Source: Minisyncoccia bacterium (GTDB lineage: Bacteria > Patescibacteriota > Minisyncoccia > Phycocordibacterales > UBA918). Taken from it: a stretch of DNA of 64,000 nucleotides. The notes under the pieces were generated by a model that saw only the letters and a program-made list of their open reading frames with translations, had not been told where the DNA came from and made no database searches. The stretch covers positions 13,079 through 77,078 of the forward strand of contig JBGSPE010000007.1 of assembly GCA_041738755.1 (NCBI GenBank). Reading direction: 5' to 3'. This document shows positions 37,597 to 46,743 of this stretch, one piece after another. How positions within the stretch are numbered: the stretch's first letter is position 1; each line of letters opens with the position of its first letter. Made by a program: the position numbers and the translations under genes.

Positions 37597-37668
37597 TGAT
37601 CCTACGGAGAATCGAACTCCGATTTCCAGGATGAAAACCTGGCGTCCTAACCGTTAGACGATAGGACC
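37597..37668 (-). tRNA. tRNA-Glu (anticodon TTC)
   Basis: Reverse complement: acceptor GGTCCTA/TAGGATC (one G·U), D-arm GTCT AACGGTTA GGAC, anticodon stem CCAGG/CCTGG with loop TTTTCAT, T-arm CGGAG TTCGATT CTCCG, discriminator A. Confidence 0.85.
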
Positions 37669-37802
37669 AAATGCTACCGTAATGTAGCAAGTGGTTTGAA
37701 ACGTTTTGCGGGCGGTATATATTGCGTGCCAGCAAAGGTACGCAAAACGTGCCCGAAATAATAGCAGATTATTCCAAAAAAGCTAGTGAGTATATTCGAA
37801 GA

Positions 37803-38225
37803 CTAGTGGCTATGCTCTGCTTCGGTCGCTAGGGCATCTTCAGAGGTCTTGTGAATGGTGCCTTTAGGGTGATGAGGTGGGGCGTAGATTGAATACACCT
37901 TGAGTGCTGTGTCGCCAGTATTGATGATATTGTGCCACATGCCTGATGGAATAAAGATAGCAAAGTCTGGTCCTGCTTCGGAGGTAAAGTCCGCTGTTTC
38001 TTCTGTAGCACCCATCTTTACTAACGCTGCACCTGCTTCGATGCGGATAAATTGGTCGGTGCCTTGGTGAATCTCAAGACCAATCTCACCTCCGACTGGG
38101 ATTGACATGAGGGTCATCTGCAAGAACTGTCCGGTCCACGCGGTGGTGCGAAAATTGGTGTTTTCGGTTGTGAGTGCCTCTACATGTACAACGTAGGGCT
38201 TTGGTCCGTGATCGTCAGTATGCAT
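37803..38225 (-). CDS. cupin domain protein
   Basis: Cupin_2-like two-motif core (…PVGGEIGLEIHQGTDQFIRIEAGAA…PSGMWHNIINTGD…). Confidence 0.65.
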   Translation of the reverse strand: MHTDDHGPKPYVVHVEALTTENTNFRTTAWTGQFLQMTLMSIPVGGEIGLEIHQGTDQFIRIEAGAALVKMGATEETADFTSEAGPDFAIFIPSGMWHNIINTGDTALKVYSIYAPPHHPKGTIHKTSEDALATEAEHSH

Positions 38226-38313
38226 ACGAGTGTTTGTTAGGTAATAAGTATTTTTATTATACGCTTTTGAGTAAAAAAGTCATTGAAGGTTTTTGTGGTA
38301 TGATGTGGCCACT

Positions 38314-39042
38314 ATGCAAACAAAACAAAATATCTTGGCGGATAAATTCGCTGAATACTTCAAGGAAGTAATTTATGGAGGAATTGACGGAATTGTAACC
38401 ACGTTTGCGGTGGTGGCTGGTTTTGCCGGGGCGGCGATTTCAAACAGTGAGACGACCCAATTGTCATTTGCAGTGGTGTTACTTTTTGGACTTGCGAACC
38501 TTTTTGCTGATGCTGCTTCTATGGGGTTAGGAAACTTCCTTTCAGTTCGTTCAGAAAAGGATCTCTATAGTGCAAAGCGGGGAACTGAGTTGTCTGAAAT
38601 GAAAGCAAATCCAGAGACTGAAGTGGCTGAGACACTGATACTACTTCGACAAAAAGGGTTCACAGAGACAGATGCAATTACGCTCGCTGGGATTTATCGT
38701 ACGAATGAAGAGTACTGGCTCGACTTCATGATGAATAATGAACATGAAATGTCTGATCCAAGAGGAGAGAACGAAGTCTTCACTGGTCTTGCCACCTTTT
38801 TATCATTCATGGTATTTGGTGCGATTCCGCTTCTACCATTCATGCTGCAAAGCTCGGGAGATCCAAAGACTGCGTTTGTGTATTCTTCAGTTGGCACCTT
38901 GATTGCGCTCATTGTGCTTGGGCTTATGAAGTGGAAGGTGGTGGGAAGTGGTTTCAAATCATCGCTCATTGAGGTGGTATTAGTGGGTGGTACTGCCGCT
39001 CTCTTGGCTTACTACGTTGGTACCTTCTTCGCTGGTCTCTAG
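38314..39042 (+). CDS. VIT1/CCC1 family iron/manganese transporter
   Basis: GGIDGIVTTFAVVAGFAGA N-terminal motif and 5 TM helices typical of the VIT family; internal ATG (MQTKQNIL) preferred. Confidence 0.75.
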   Translation: MQTKQNILADKFAEYFKEVIYGGIDGIVTTFAVVAGFAGAAISNSETTQLSFAVVLLFGLANLFADAASMGLGNFLSVRSEKDLYSAKRGTELSEMKANPETEVAETLILLRQKGFTETDAITLAGIYRTNEEYWLDFMMNNEHEMSDPRGENEVFTGLATFLSFMVFGAIPLLPFMLQSSGDPKTAFVYSSVGTLIALIVLGLMKWKVVGSGFKSSLIEVVLVGGTAALLAYYVGTFFAGL

Positions 39043-39302
39043 AACAAAAATCACGCAATTTGCACTAAGGCGCCTAGTCGACTTATCCGCATAGTTATAT
39101 CCAGACTTTTCCTAGGGCTTTTATACAGGGTTATACACAGGTTTTCCCCTAAACCCTTAAAATACGTCATCTGCATTTTAAATTGACTATTTTGCCTGGT
39201 ATGAGAACCTTGTAATAGGTTTGCACGGTGGTGAAGTATTCTATACTTACGCTCGAGGCTACGAGCAAAGCGTGCAGGCCGAAGCTCTACGTTGTACAAA
39301 GC

Positions 39303-39335
39303 AAAAGCACCCTGGAGGGGGTGCTTTTGTGTTTT
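39303..39335. terminator. hairpin terminator downstream of trxB
   Basis: aaaagcaccctggagggggtgcttttgtgtttt. Confidence 0.7.
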
Positions 39336-39353
39336 ATGTTGGACTTTCTATTA

Positions 39354-40283
39354 TTACTTGGTTTTTAGCGTCACGTAGATGTCTTCAAGAGCCCGGACAG
39401 CGTCTCCGGCTGCAATGTTGTTTTGGTGGTATTTCACGTTGGTACAGTCTCCAGCGGCCCAGATATTATTCGCGGACGTTTTCTGAGTCCACGGGTCAAT
39501 GGCGATGCGCTTGTAGTCGTCTAAGGCAACAATATCACTCACAAAGTCCGTGTTCGGGAGCATACCAATCTCCACAAAAATACCAGTGACGTTGAGGGTG
39601 TGGAGTTCACCAGTGAGCTTATCCTTGTAGGTGAGGCCTGACACAAATTTATCACCGTGTATTTCAGTTGTCTCAGTGTTTGTAATACCTCGCATGTTAG
39701 GGTGTGAGAGTACCTTTTCAACTGTGACCGGGTCGGCTTTATACGCCGGACCATTATTCAAGAGCGTTACGCTTTTGGTGTAGGCGAGTAACTGAGCTGC
39801 TGTTTCAAAGCCAGCATTACCACCACCAATCACCACTACATCTTGTCCAGCAAAGAGTGGTCCGTCGCAGGAGGCACAGTAGGTAAGACCTTTGTGTTCA
39901 AACATGTCGGCGTTGAGAGCTGTCAGACGACGACGATTTGAACCTGCTGTAAGTAGTACCGCTAACGCTTCTTGTGTCGTGCCGTCCGATAGGGAGGCGA
40001 GATACGTACCAGCTTCAGTCTTTTCTACTTTCACTACGGTTTGACCACTCACGATATCGACACAGTCTCCTGCGTACGTTTCAAGGTGGGTGCGGAGACT
40101 CTTGGCGAGATCGTCACCACTAATGTGTGGACTACCAATCCAGTTTTGGATATCAGGTGAGACGGTACTTTGACCACCCCATTCTTTCGTAACGAATAAG
40201 GTACGGAGTTGCTTTCTAGAGGCGTAGACACCAGCGGCAGTACCGGCTGGTCCACCACCGATAATAATCAGATCGTAAGTCAT
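39354..40283 (-). CDS. trxB: thioredoxin-disulfide reductase
   Basis: IIGGGPAGTAAGVYASR FAD motif, redox-active CASCDG, VVIGGGNAG NADPH motif; internal ATG (MTYDLIIIGGG) chosen. Confidence 0.9.
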   Translation of the reverse strand: MTYDLIIIGGGPAGTAAGVYASRKQLRTLFVTKEWGGQSTVSPDIQNWIGSPHISGDDLAKSLRTHLETYAGDCVDIVSGQTVVKVEKTEAGTYLASLSDGTTQEALAVLLTAGSNRRRLTALNADMFEHKGLTYCASCDGPLFAGQDVVVIGGGNAGFETAAQLLAYTKSVTLLNNGPAYKADPVTVEKVLSHPNMRGITNTETTEIHGDKFVSGLTYKDKLTGELHTLNVTGIFVEIGMLPNTDFVSDIVALDDYKRIAIDPWTQKTSANNIWAAGDCTNVKYHQNNIAAGDAVRALEDIYVTLKTK

Positions 40284-40380
40284 TTTTGAAATATTAATGT
40301 AAACGTGAATAGTATACCAGATTGTTTGAAGATGTAAAGTTAACTGTACATGTGTATCTTCAGGTATCGTCATATTTGAT

Positions 40381-40408
40381 TTAACAAAACCGCTAGAAAG
40401 CGGTTTTG
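40381..40408. terminator. hairpin terminator between ftsZ and trxB
   Basis: aaaccgc tagaaa gcggttttgtttgg. Confidence 0.65.
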
Positions 40409-40569
40409 TTTGGTGTGTAGAGGTTGGTAGGAACCGGTCACGAGTTACTAACCAAAATATTTATTTTATTATAAATATTTTGCTAAGTACTCGCGACCCC
40501 AGCTCGCTGTTCAGTGCGGCGGGCCAGAGCCGCACTTCACAACGCTCCGCTTCGCAGTTCCGTCAAAGC

Positions 40570-41793
40570 TTATTTAAGCTTTGACCTTCTTAAGAAGGCC
40601 GGAACGGCGCCCCAGTCGTCTTCGTCATCGGTGTCGTCTTGTTGATCAACTGGTTTTGGATCACGCTTTGGGATGTCGTGTACATTTGGGGTGGGTTCAG
40701 GAATTCTTGTTTCATCAGCTTTACGTGGAAGTGAGTTGAAGATTTTTCCGCGGTTTACTGGTTCAGCTTCTACCTCTGGCTCTGGTTCATTTTGGATACT
40801 TGGTGCTCGACGAGCAATATGACTCCGGGCAGCCGCTTCTTCGGGGAAGCCGGTAGCGATAACCGTTACCTTGATTTCATTCTTCTTCAACTTGTCGTCC
40901 TTGATAGCTCCAAAGATAACCTTAGCTTGTGAGTCGATTGATTCGGTAATCACACGAGCAGCATCTTGGATTTCAAGCATTCCGAGGTCATCGCCCCCAG
41001 CAATCGCAAAGAGGACGCCCTTGGCTCCCGTGATAGAAACTTCAAGGAGTGGGGAATTGATAGCACTTCGAGCTGCTTCTTCGGCTCGCTTTTCACCTGA
41101 TGAGACACCGACACCCATAAGGGCTGAACCAGCATTCTCCATAACGCTTCGAATGTCAGCGAAGTCGACGTTGATGATACCAGGCATGGTAATAAGGTCT
41201 GAGATACCCTCAACTGCTTGTTTCAAGACATTGTCACACTGCTCAAAAGCATTACGTACGGTAGTTTCCTTATCAACGATAGCAAGGAGTCGGTCATTTG
41301 GAATGGTGATGAGGGCATCTACTTCTTTCTTGAGTTCCTCGATACCTTGGAGAGCCAGTCGCATTCGTTCTTGTCCTTCAAACAAAAATGGCTTGGTGAC
41401 AACAGCAATCGTAAGCGCTCCGCTCTCGCGAGCAATCTTAGCTACAACCGGTGCTGAACCAGTTCCGGTTCCACCACCCATACCTCCGGTAATAAAGATC
41501 ATATCTGACCCCTTGATTGCATTAGCGATTTCTTCACGAGTTTCCTCTGCGGCGCGACGACCCATGTCAGGGTTACCACCAGCTCCGAGTCCTCGAGTAA
41601 GATTTTTACCAATGTGAATTTTTTTCTTCGCGAGTGAGTGATGGAGATCTTGTGCGTCACTGTTGATAGCAATGAACTCCACTCCTTTCACTTTTGAAGA
41701 CACCATGTGATTGACGGCGTTCTTTCCAGAACCACCAACACCCACCACACGAATGCGGGCGAAGGATTCAACGTCTGATTTTATTTGTTCCAT
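40570..41793 (-). CDS. ftsZ: cell division GTPase FtsZ
   Basis: [13 protein letters not shown] tubulin signature, T7 loop, long disordered C-terminal tail. Confidence 0.95.
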   Translation of the reverse strand: MEQIKSDVESFARIRVVGVGGSGKNAVNHMVSSKVKGVEFIAINSDAQDLHHSLAKKKIHIGKNLTRGLGAGGNPDMGRRAAEETREEIANAIKGSDMIFITGGMGGGTGTGSAPVVAKIARESGALTIAVVTKPFLFEGQERMRLALQGIEELKKEVDALITIPNDRLLAIVDKETTVRNAFEQCDNVLKQAVEGISDLITMPGIINVDFADIRSVMENAGSALMGVGVSSGEKRAEEAARSAINSPLLEVSITGAKGVLFAIAGGDDLGMLEIQDAARVITESIDSQAKVIFGAIKDDKLKKNEIKVTVIATGFPEEAAARSHIARRAPSIQNEPEPEVEAEPVNRGKIFNSLPRKADETRIPEPTPNVHDIPKRDPKPVDQQDDTDDEDDWGAVPAFLRRSKLK

Positions 41794-41942
41794 ACAGAAT
41801 AATTACTAAGTTCCATTTCTTCTACCGATACCCACCCCTGAGTACGAGTAGTCTTATAACCTAGCTATCATACACGTCATAAAATTATCTGTCACCATAT
41901 TGACAGACCTGACTTCTGTGTAATTGACAAAAGTATAAAATG

Positions 41943-43112
41943 TTATGGAAGAAACTGACTGAGCCAAGAAACGAGGCTTCGTTTTGTATGTTTTACAATC
42001 CCGATAGTAGAAGCTTCTTCGGTGTCACTGGCACCCCACATACAGAGGCCGTACGCGACTGCCCAAGAGGCATCTTTTACTTTGAGATTTTTTCCAATTT
42101 CCAAGGTGGCGGTTCGGGCAGGGAGGGAGAGAGATGTTTTGGCAACCTCAACTACTTGTGGGTGGTTTGATCCGCCCCCGGTCAAGATAACGCCTGCAGG
42201 TAATAACCCATCACGTTTGATTTTTTTCAAATGATTATCGACGAGTCCAAAGATACTCTGTAGTCGCTCTGTCACAATTTCGTCAACCCGCTTCTTAGAG
42301 AAGGTGGCGCTTGTCATTGCTCCGCGCTTAATCTTCTCTGCGTCTTCTAGGGTGACACGTAAGCCGAGAGCAATATCATTCGTGATGTCAGTGGAACCAA
42401 CAGGGAAGATTTTGAGAGAGATTGGAGTAGTGTCTTCAAAGATAACGATGGAGGTTGTCTCAGCTCCAATGTTAGCCAGGATACAACCAGCACGCTTTTG
42501 GGCTTTTGAAAGAAGGACAAAGCTGGCCGCGAGTGGGGAAGCAATCACATCTTCCACATACACTCCAAGGCTTTCGATAGTTTTTATGAGGTCATTAACA
42601 TGCTGTTCAAAGGTGGTGATGAAAAGACTATCGACTTCTAGTTTGGTACCACGAAGACCTTGTGGGCGTCCCATGACCGGTCTCCCGTCGATGCTGTGGC
42701 GAAGGGGGATACCGTGAAGGATGCGACGATTGGGAATGTTATCCATCACCCGGTCCTCACTATCTTGCATGAGCTTTTCAAGATCAGATGAGGTAATCTC
42801 TGAATCTGCTCGTGCTGGGATAATTTCACCATGAGAGTAGACTTCCTCAAGACCGATGCTCCCAATAGCCACGTGAGCTCGCTTCACAACCACACCAGCG
42901 GCCTTCTCAGCCTGTGCGAGGGCGCTTTTGATACTTCGGGCCACATCGCCTTCTTGCATGATGTAGCCGCTCTTGAGGCCGCGACTCTCAGCTAAGCCAG
43001 TACCGATGATTTCCGGCTTGGCTTGGCTTCCGGCGTTTCTAGGTAGGCGAGCAATCGCCACTTTTACATGGAAGGTTCCTACATCGATACCGGTGATAAT
43101 ATGATCTGACAT
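41943..43112 (-). CDS. ftsA: cell division protein FtsA
   Basis: Actin-fold ATPase MSDHIITGIDVGTFHVKVAIARL…; immediately upstream of ftsZ. Confidence 0.9.
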   Translation of the reverse strand: MSDHIITGIDVGTFHVKVAIARLPRNAGSQAKPEIIGTGLAESRGLKSGYIMQEGDVARSIKSALAQAEKAAGVVVKRAHVAIGSIGLEEVYSHGEIIPARADSEITSSDLEKLMQDSEDRVMDNIPNRRILHGIPLRHSIDGRPVMGRPQGLRGTKLEVDSLFITTFEQHVNDLIKTIESLGVYVEDVIASPLAASFVLLSKAQKRAGCILANIGAETTSIVIFEDTTPISLKIFPVGSTDITNDIALGLRVTLEDAEKIKRGAMTSATFSKKRVDEIVTERLQSIFGLVDNHLKKIKRDGLLPAGVILTGGGSNHPQVVEVAKTSLSLPARTATLEIGKNLKVKDASWAVAYGLCMWGASDTEEASTIGIVKHTKRSLVSWLSQFLP

Positions 43113-43122
43113 TACGTGTGTA

Positions 43123-43503
43123 TTAGGTTATCCGAAATCGCTTCAGATATTTTTTTTCCTGTGCATCCATTGTATCCCCATGGTCCAAGCCTTTCAAATG
43201 TAAGAGGCCGTGGATAAAGAGAAAGGCAATGTATCCGTCAACACTTAAATTAAAATTCTTGGCTTCTTTCTTGGCAACAGTCGGGCAAATATAGACCTCA
43301 CCGACAGTTGGGGTAAGAGGGAATGAGAGAACGTTAGGAACGTAGTCTTTTTGACGATATGCTTGATTAAGCTGCTTGGCTTTGGTGGCACCGATAAAGG
43401 TAAGGCTCACTTCATACCGTTTACCCATAATCGTATCCTTCATAGCGAGAAACGGCTGTGTGGGAGTATAGGCGACGGTGCTGGTAATAATAAGAGATGA
43501 CAT
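43123..43503 (-). CDS. ybeY: rRNA maturation endoribonuclease YbeY
   Basis: NVLSFP motif and H-G-x-L-H-L-x-G-x-D-H zinc motif (HGLLHLKGLDH). Confidence 0.8.
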   Translation of the reverse strand: MSSLIITSTVAYTPTQPFLAMKDTIMGKRYEVSLTFIGATKAKQLNQAYRQKDYVPNVLSFPLTPTVGEVYICPTVAKKEAKNFNLSVDGYIAFLFIHGLLHLKGLDHGDTMDAQEKKYLKRFRIT

Positions 43504-43574
43504 AGGTGTGCGTACCATTATACACGGGCCTGAAATCAAAAAAACCGCTCATGTGATTATGAGCGGTTTTTTCT

Positions 43575-43817
43575 TTAACGTCGTGGTCGGAATTCTTGAA
43601 TCTTTCCGAGTTTGACCAACTTTTCGTAGGTAACTCGTTTTACAAGTTTTTTGAGTTTTGCTGTCCGTTGGACATTGCGACTCTTAATTCTTGTGTGGTA
43701 TCGACCACTTCGAACTTTTGGAACGATACCCGCTCCCTGGACGCGCTTGGTGAACCGTCGAATGACGTTTGCGCTACTTTCGTTATTGTTTTTAACGACT
43801 TGAACATTGGTTGCCAT
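43575..43817 (-). CDS. rpsU: 30S ribosomal protein S21
   Basis: NVIRRFTKRVQGAGIV resembles S21 (ALRRFKRSCEKAGVL); basic; ~80 aa. Confidence 0.6.
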   Translation of the reverse strand: MATNVQVVKNNNESSANVIRRFTKRVQGAGIVPKVRSGRYHTRIKSRNVQRTAKLKKLVKRVTYEKLVKLGKIQEFRPRR

Positions 43818-43863
43818 ATGTGGCCAAGAGCATATCACTTACTACAAATATACGCAAGGGGCT

Positions 43864-45036
43864 CTAAGCGACTACAGGACTTTTCCGCTTGAGACGCTTC
43901 AAAAGAGTGTCATGGTCAACGTACTCTTGATTACGGACGTTCATATCACGGAGGATGACGGTATTATCAACAAATTCTTTTTGACCAATAATCAAGGTGT
44001 ATCGAACACCTCTCGCCTCCGCTTCTCGTAATTGGGTTGAGAGTGAGTCACTCGCGAGGTTGTGGAATACCGGTATACCAGCTCGACGTAAGGTATCAAT
44101 GAGCATCAGGCTGCGAATTTTTGGACCAAAACCTAGTTGGACAACAAACACCGCTGGAGTGGTTGTTTTTGGCCTTGGGACACGAGCTGGAGCTTTGTTG
44201 TTCTTGAAGACAATAACAGCACCTACTCCTGGAGTCTTGGTCCGCGTCGTTCGTTGTAAGAATTCATTGAAGCGACCACCCTTGATACTGAGTGGAGCAG
44301 GAGATCCGTCTTCAGTAACGATATCAACTGAAAAGATAGCGTCTGAGTAGCACTCATGATGAGCCATCATTTTTGGATCAATCTCATACGGTGTTTCACT
44401 CATATCGAGGTATTCGATAATTTCACGGAAATGTTTACGACTAGGGTCGCTCAAATATTCCAGCGGACTTGGACTGCGACTCGCCATATCATGTTCGATT
44501 TCAATCAGGTGAGAAAGGGCACTGAGTGGGTGTTCTTTCATGAGCTCTCGAGCAGTACTTGGCATCGTATCAAGTCGCTTCTTGAGATAGTTGGTGAGTT
44601 CTCTCGTGTATCGTGTCAGTGAGTCTTTGTCACCGAGGGAGTTGATGCGTACGGTGTGGTCGGTGTGACCAAGTTCGGTGGCTAGCGCTCGTGAAGCTTG
44701 GATGAGAATCGCTTCTGCAATGCTTCGTTCAACATTAAAAATATGGAACGTAACTGCCGGTTCGCCGGTGCGTGGTGTTTGCTCGAGAGAATAGAGGAGG
44801 ACTGGTCGGCCAAGGGCATGGAGTCGTTCATCACAATATGTCACCACCCCGTTACTCAGAAGTCCGCCGTGAGCATCAGTCTTTTTGTTTGTAGCAGTAA
44901 CAGTGTGCGGAATAGTTGTAATACAATCTTTGCATTCAGGTTCTTTGCGTAGTTGCTCAATGGTCTGAAAGCCGAAGTGTTCAGCGGTAGCGTGGGCGAC
45001 TTTTAGAAATTCGGTGGGAGAGTATGACATGAACAA
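43864..45036 (-). CDS. histidyl-tRNA synthetase-like class II aaRS with anticodon-binding domain; motif 2 appears degenerate
   Basis: VRINSLGDKDSLTRYTRELTNYL vs HisRS ELNSIGSLEARANYRDAL; GGRFNEF vs motif 3 GGRYDGL; C-terminal HGTP anticodon-binding fold; the FRxE…GRxREF motif 2 position reads YSLEQTPRTGEPAVTF. Confidence 0.55.
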   Translation of the reverse strand: MFMSYSPTEFLKVAHATAEHFGFQTIEQLRKEPECKDCITTIPHTVTATNKKTDAHGGLLSNGVVTYCDERLHALGRPVLLYSLEQTPRTGEPAVTFHIFNVERSIAEAILIQASRALATELGHTDHTVRINSLGDKDSLTRYTRELTNYLKKRLDTMPSTARELMKEHPLSALSHLIEIEHDMASRSPSPLEYLSDPSRKHFREIIEYLDMSETPYEIDPKMMAHHECYSDAIFSVDIVTEDGSPAPLSIKGGRFNEFLQRTTRTKTPGVGAVIVFKNNKAPARVPRPKTTTPAVFVVQLGFGPKIRSLMLIDTLRRAGIPVFHNLASDSLSTQLREAEARGVRYTLIIGQKEFVDNTVILRDMNVRNQEYVDHDTLLKRLKRKSPVVA

Positions 45037-45041
45037 ATTGA

Positions 45042-45662
45042 TTATTCTTGACTAGTAACTGCTTCGTCTTCAATGGCTCCGGGTAAAAACTCAATCATCG
45101 TCGGCGGGAAGAGTCTGAGCCACGCGCGGCCGACGATTCTATCCTCCTGGAGGACGCCCCAGCTGCGAGAGTCAGAGCTCTCGCCTCGATTGTCACCCAT
45201 GACAAAGTATTCACGTTCACCCAAGGTCTCCATGAGTGGAGCAGCCGGTGGCATCAGTTCAATATATGGTTCATCTAGGATATAACCTTCAGGATCAGCT
45301 TCATTACTAATGCGAACTTGACCGTTTTCGATAGTAATAGTATCTCCCGGGAGACCAATCACCCGCTTAATAAAGAATTTTGAGGGGTCACGCGGGTACC
45401 GGAAGATAATCACTTCGCCTCGAACCGGGTCATTAAAGTAATGAGTCACTTGGTCAACGATAAGGTACTCGCCAGTATGAAAGGTTTGTTCCATGGATGC
45501 GCCAGAGACGATAAATGGTTGAGCAATAAACATTCGGATTGGGATAACAATCAAAATAGCAATAAGGGAGAAGCGGACGATTTCTAAGAAGGGATGAGGT
45601 TCTCGATGGTTGAGTGATTCTTCATCAATTGAATCAGTTTTTTTGTTAGAGAATAGCTGCAT
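45042..45662 (-). CDS. lepB: signal peptidase I
   Basis: SGASMEQT (catalytic Ser), KRVIGLPGD (catalytic Lys), GDNRGESSDSR boxes. Confidence 0.9.
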   Translation of the reverse strand: MQLFSNKKTDSIDEESLNHREPHPFLEIVRFSLIAILIVIPIRMFIAQPFIVSGASMEQTFHTGEYLIVDQVTHYFNDPVRGEVIIFRYPRDPSKFFIKRVIGLPGDTITIENGQVRISNEADPEGYILDEPYIELMPPAAPLMETLGEREYFVMGDNRGESSDSRSWGVLQEDRIVGRAWLRLFPPTMIEFLPGAIEDEAVTSQE

Positions 45663-45768
45663 AGCGATTAGTAATGAGCATTATACGCAATAAAAAATAC
45701 GAACACAAATTTTGTGGAAAATGTGTGTCTCACTACGCGTCAGGAAGTTTTTTGTGTACAATACTTTT

Positions 45769-46356
45769 ATGTATTATCTTGTTGGGCTCGGGAACCCTGG
45801 TGAAAAATATCAGGACACGCGACACAATGTGGGGTGGCAGATTCTCGACTCTATTTGCGAGAAAGCTTCTCTGCCAGAAGCACTGCTGCAGAAGCAGCTG
45901 AGTGGTCGAGCAACGAGTGGCAAAATCGCTGGACAACTTGTCTCAGTGCTCTACCCAGATACCTTTATGAATAATTCTGGCAGTGCAGTGGTGAAATTAC
46001 TTCCAAGAGACGAGATGGAACGATTGATTGTAATTCATGATGACATCGACTTACCACTTGGTGAGCTGCGGCTCGCGAAAGGAAGAGGGGATGGTGGTAA
46101 TAACGGGATTAAATCCATTATTGATAAAACAGGAACAAAAGAATTTATCCGCATGCGGATTGGGATCGCTCCTCGGAGCTTATTTACTGGTGCAGTGAAG
46201 CGACCAAAGGGCGGAGGACCGCTTGAACGGTTTGTCTTGAAGTCGTTTACCAGAAGTGAAATGGCGAAGCTTGAAATAGTAAAGGAGTCTGCCTATCTTG
46301 CCTTGCAAGAACTTCTTAAAAACGGCCTTCAAAGTGCAATGAATAAATATAATTAG
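45769..46356 (+). CDS. pth: peptidyl-tRNA hydrolase
   Basis: YLVGLGNPGEKYQDTRHNVG N-terminal motif; ATG at 45769 preferred over the upstream extension. Confidence 0.9.
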   Translation: MYYLVGLGNPGEKYQDTRHNVGWQILDSICEKASLPEALLQKQLSGRATSGKIAGQLVSVLYPDTFMNNSGSAVVKLLPRDEMERLIVIHDDIDLPLGELRLAKGRGDGGNNGIKSIIDKTGTKEFIRMRIGIAPRSLFTGAVKRPKGGGPLERFVLKSFTRSEMAKLEIVKESAYLALQELLKNGLQSAMNKYN

Positions 46357-46389
46357 TGGGCATCTCGATGTGTTTTTGATGAGTAACTA

Positions 46390-46422
46390 AAAAGTGGCCA
46401 GAGCAGTGCTCTGGCCACTTTT
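46390..46422. terminator. bidirectional terminator
   Basis: aaaagtggccagagc agtg ctctggccactttt. Confidence 0.8.
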
Positions 46423-46427
46423 ACGAC

Positions 46428-46547
46428 TTAGTCGTGGTAACCACCTTGATCACCCTGGTAGTAACCTGAGTTCCTGTCACGGTTTGTCTGGTTATTTTGG
46501 GTTTTCTGCGTGGTTTGTGTGGGTTCCGAATTTATTCGCTTTTCAAG
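46428..46547 (-). CDS. possible 39-aa Q/N/G-rich micro-protein with a strong SD
   Basis: Minus strand ggaaggagaagaggcATG…; MPDLEKRINSEPTQTTQKTQNNQTNRDRNSGYYQGDQGGYHD*; stop abuts the terminator hairpin. Confidence 0.35.
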   Translation of the reverse strand, partial: LEKRINSEPTQTTQKTQNNQTNRDRNSGYYQGDQGGYHD

Positions 46548-46743
46548 ATCAGGCATGCCTCTTCTCCTTCCAAAAAATAGTAGCACACATTCACATTCTG
46601 CCTAGGCCGGTCCTAGAGAGTTTAAGAATGTCTTAAATCTTCCAAGTGCAAGGCGACAAAACAAAAAGCCGCGAATGGGACGAGTTGTCCAGTGAGCGGC
46701 TTTTTGTTGCGGTCAACGCAGCAATCGGAGATTTTAGACCTTC

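Noticed and set aside
40871-41617. 248-aa ORF antisense to ftsZ
   Set aside because: It is the antisense frame of a highly conserved gene, with Ser/Arg/Pro-rich low-complexity translation typical of shadow ORFs.
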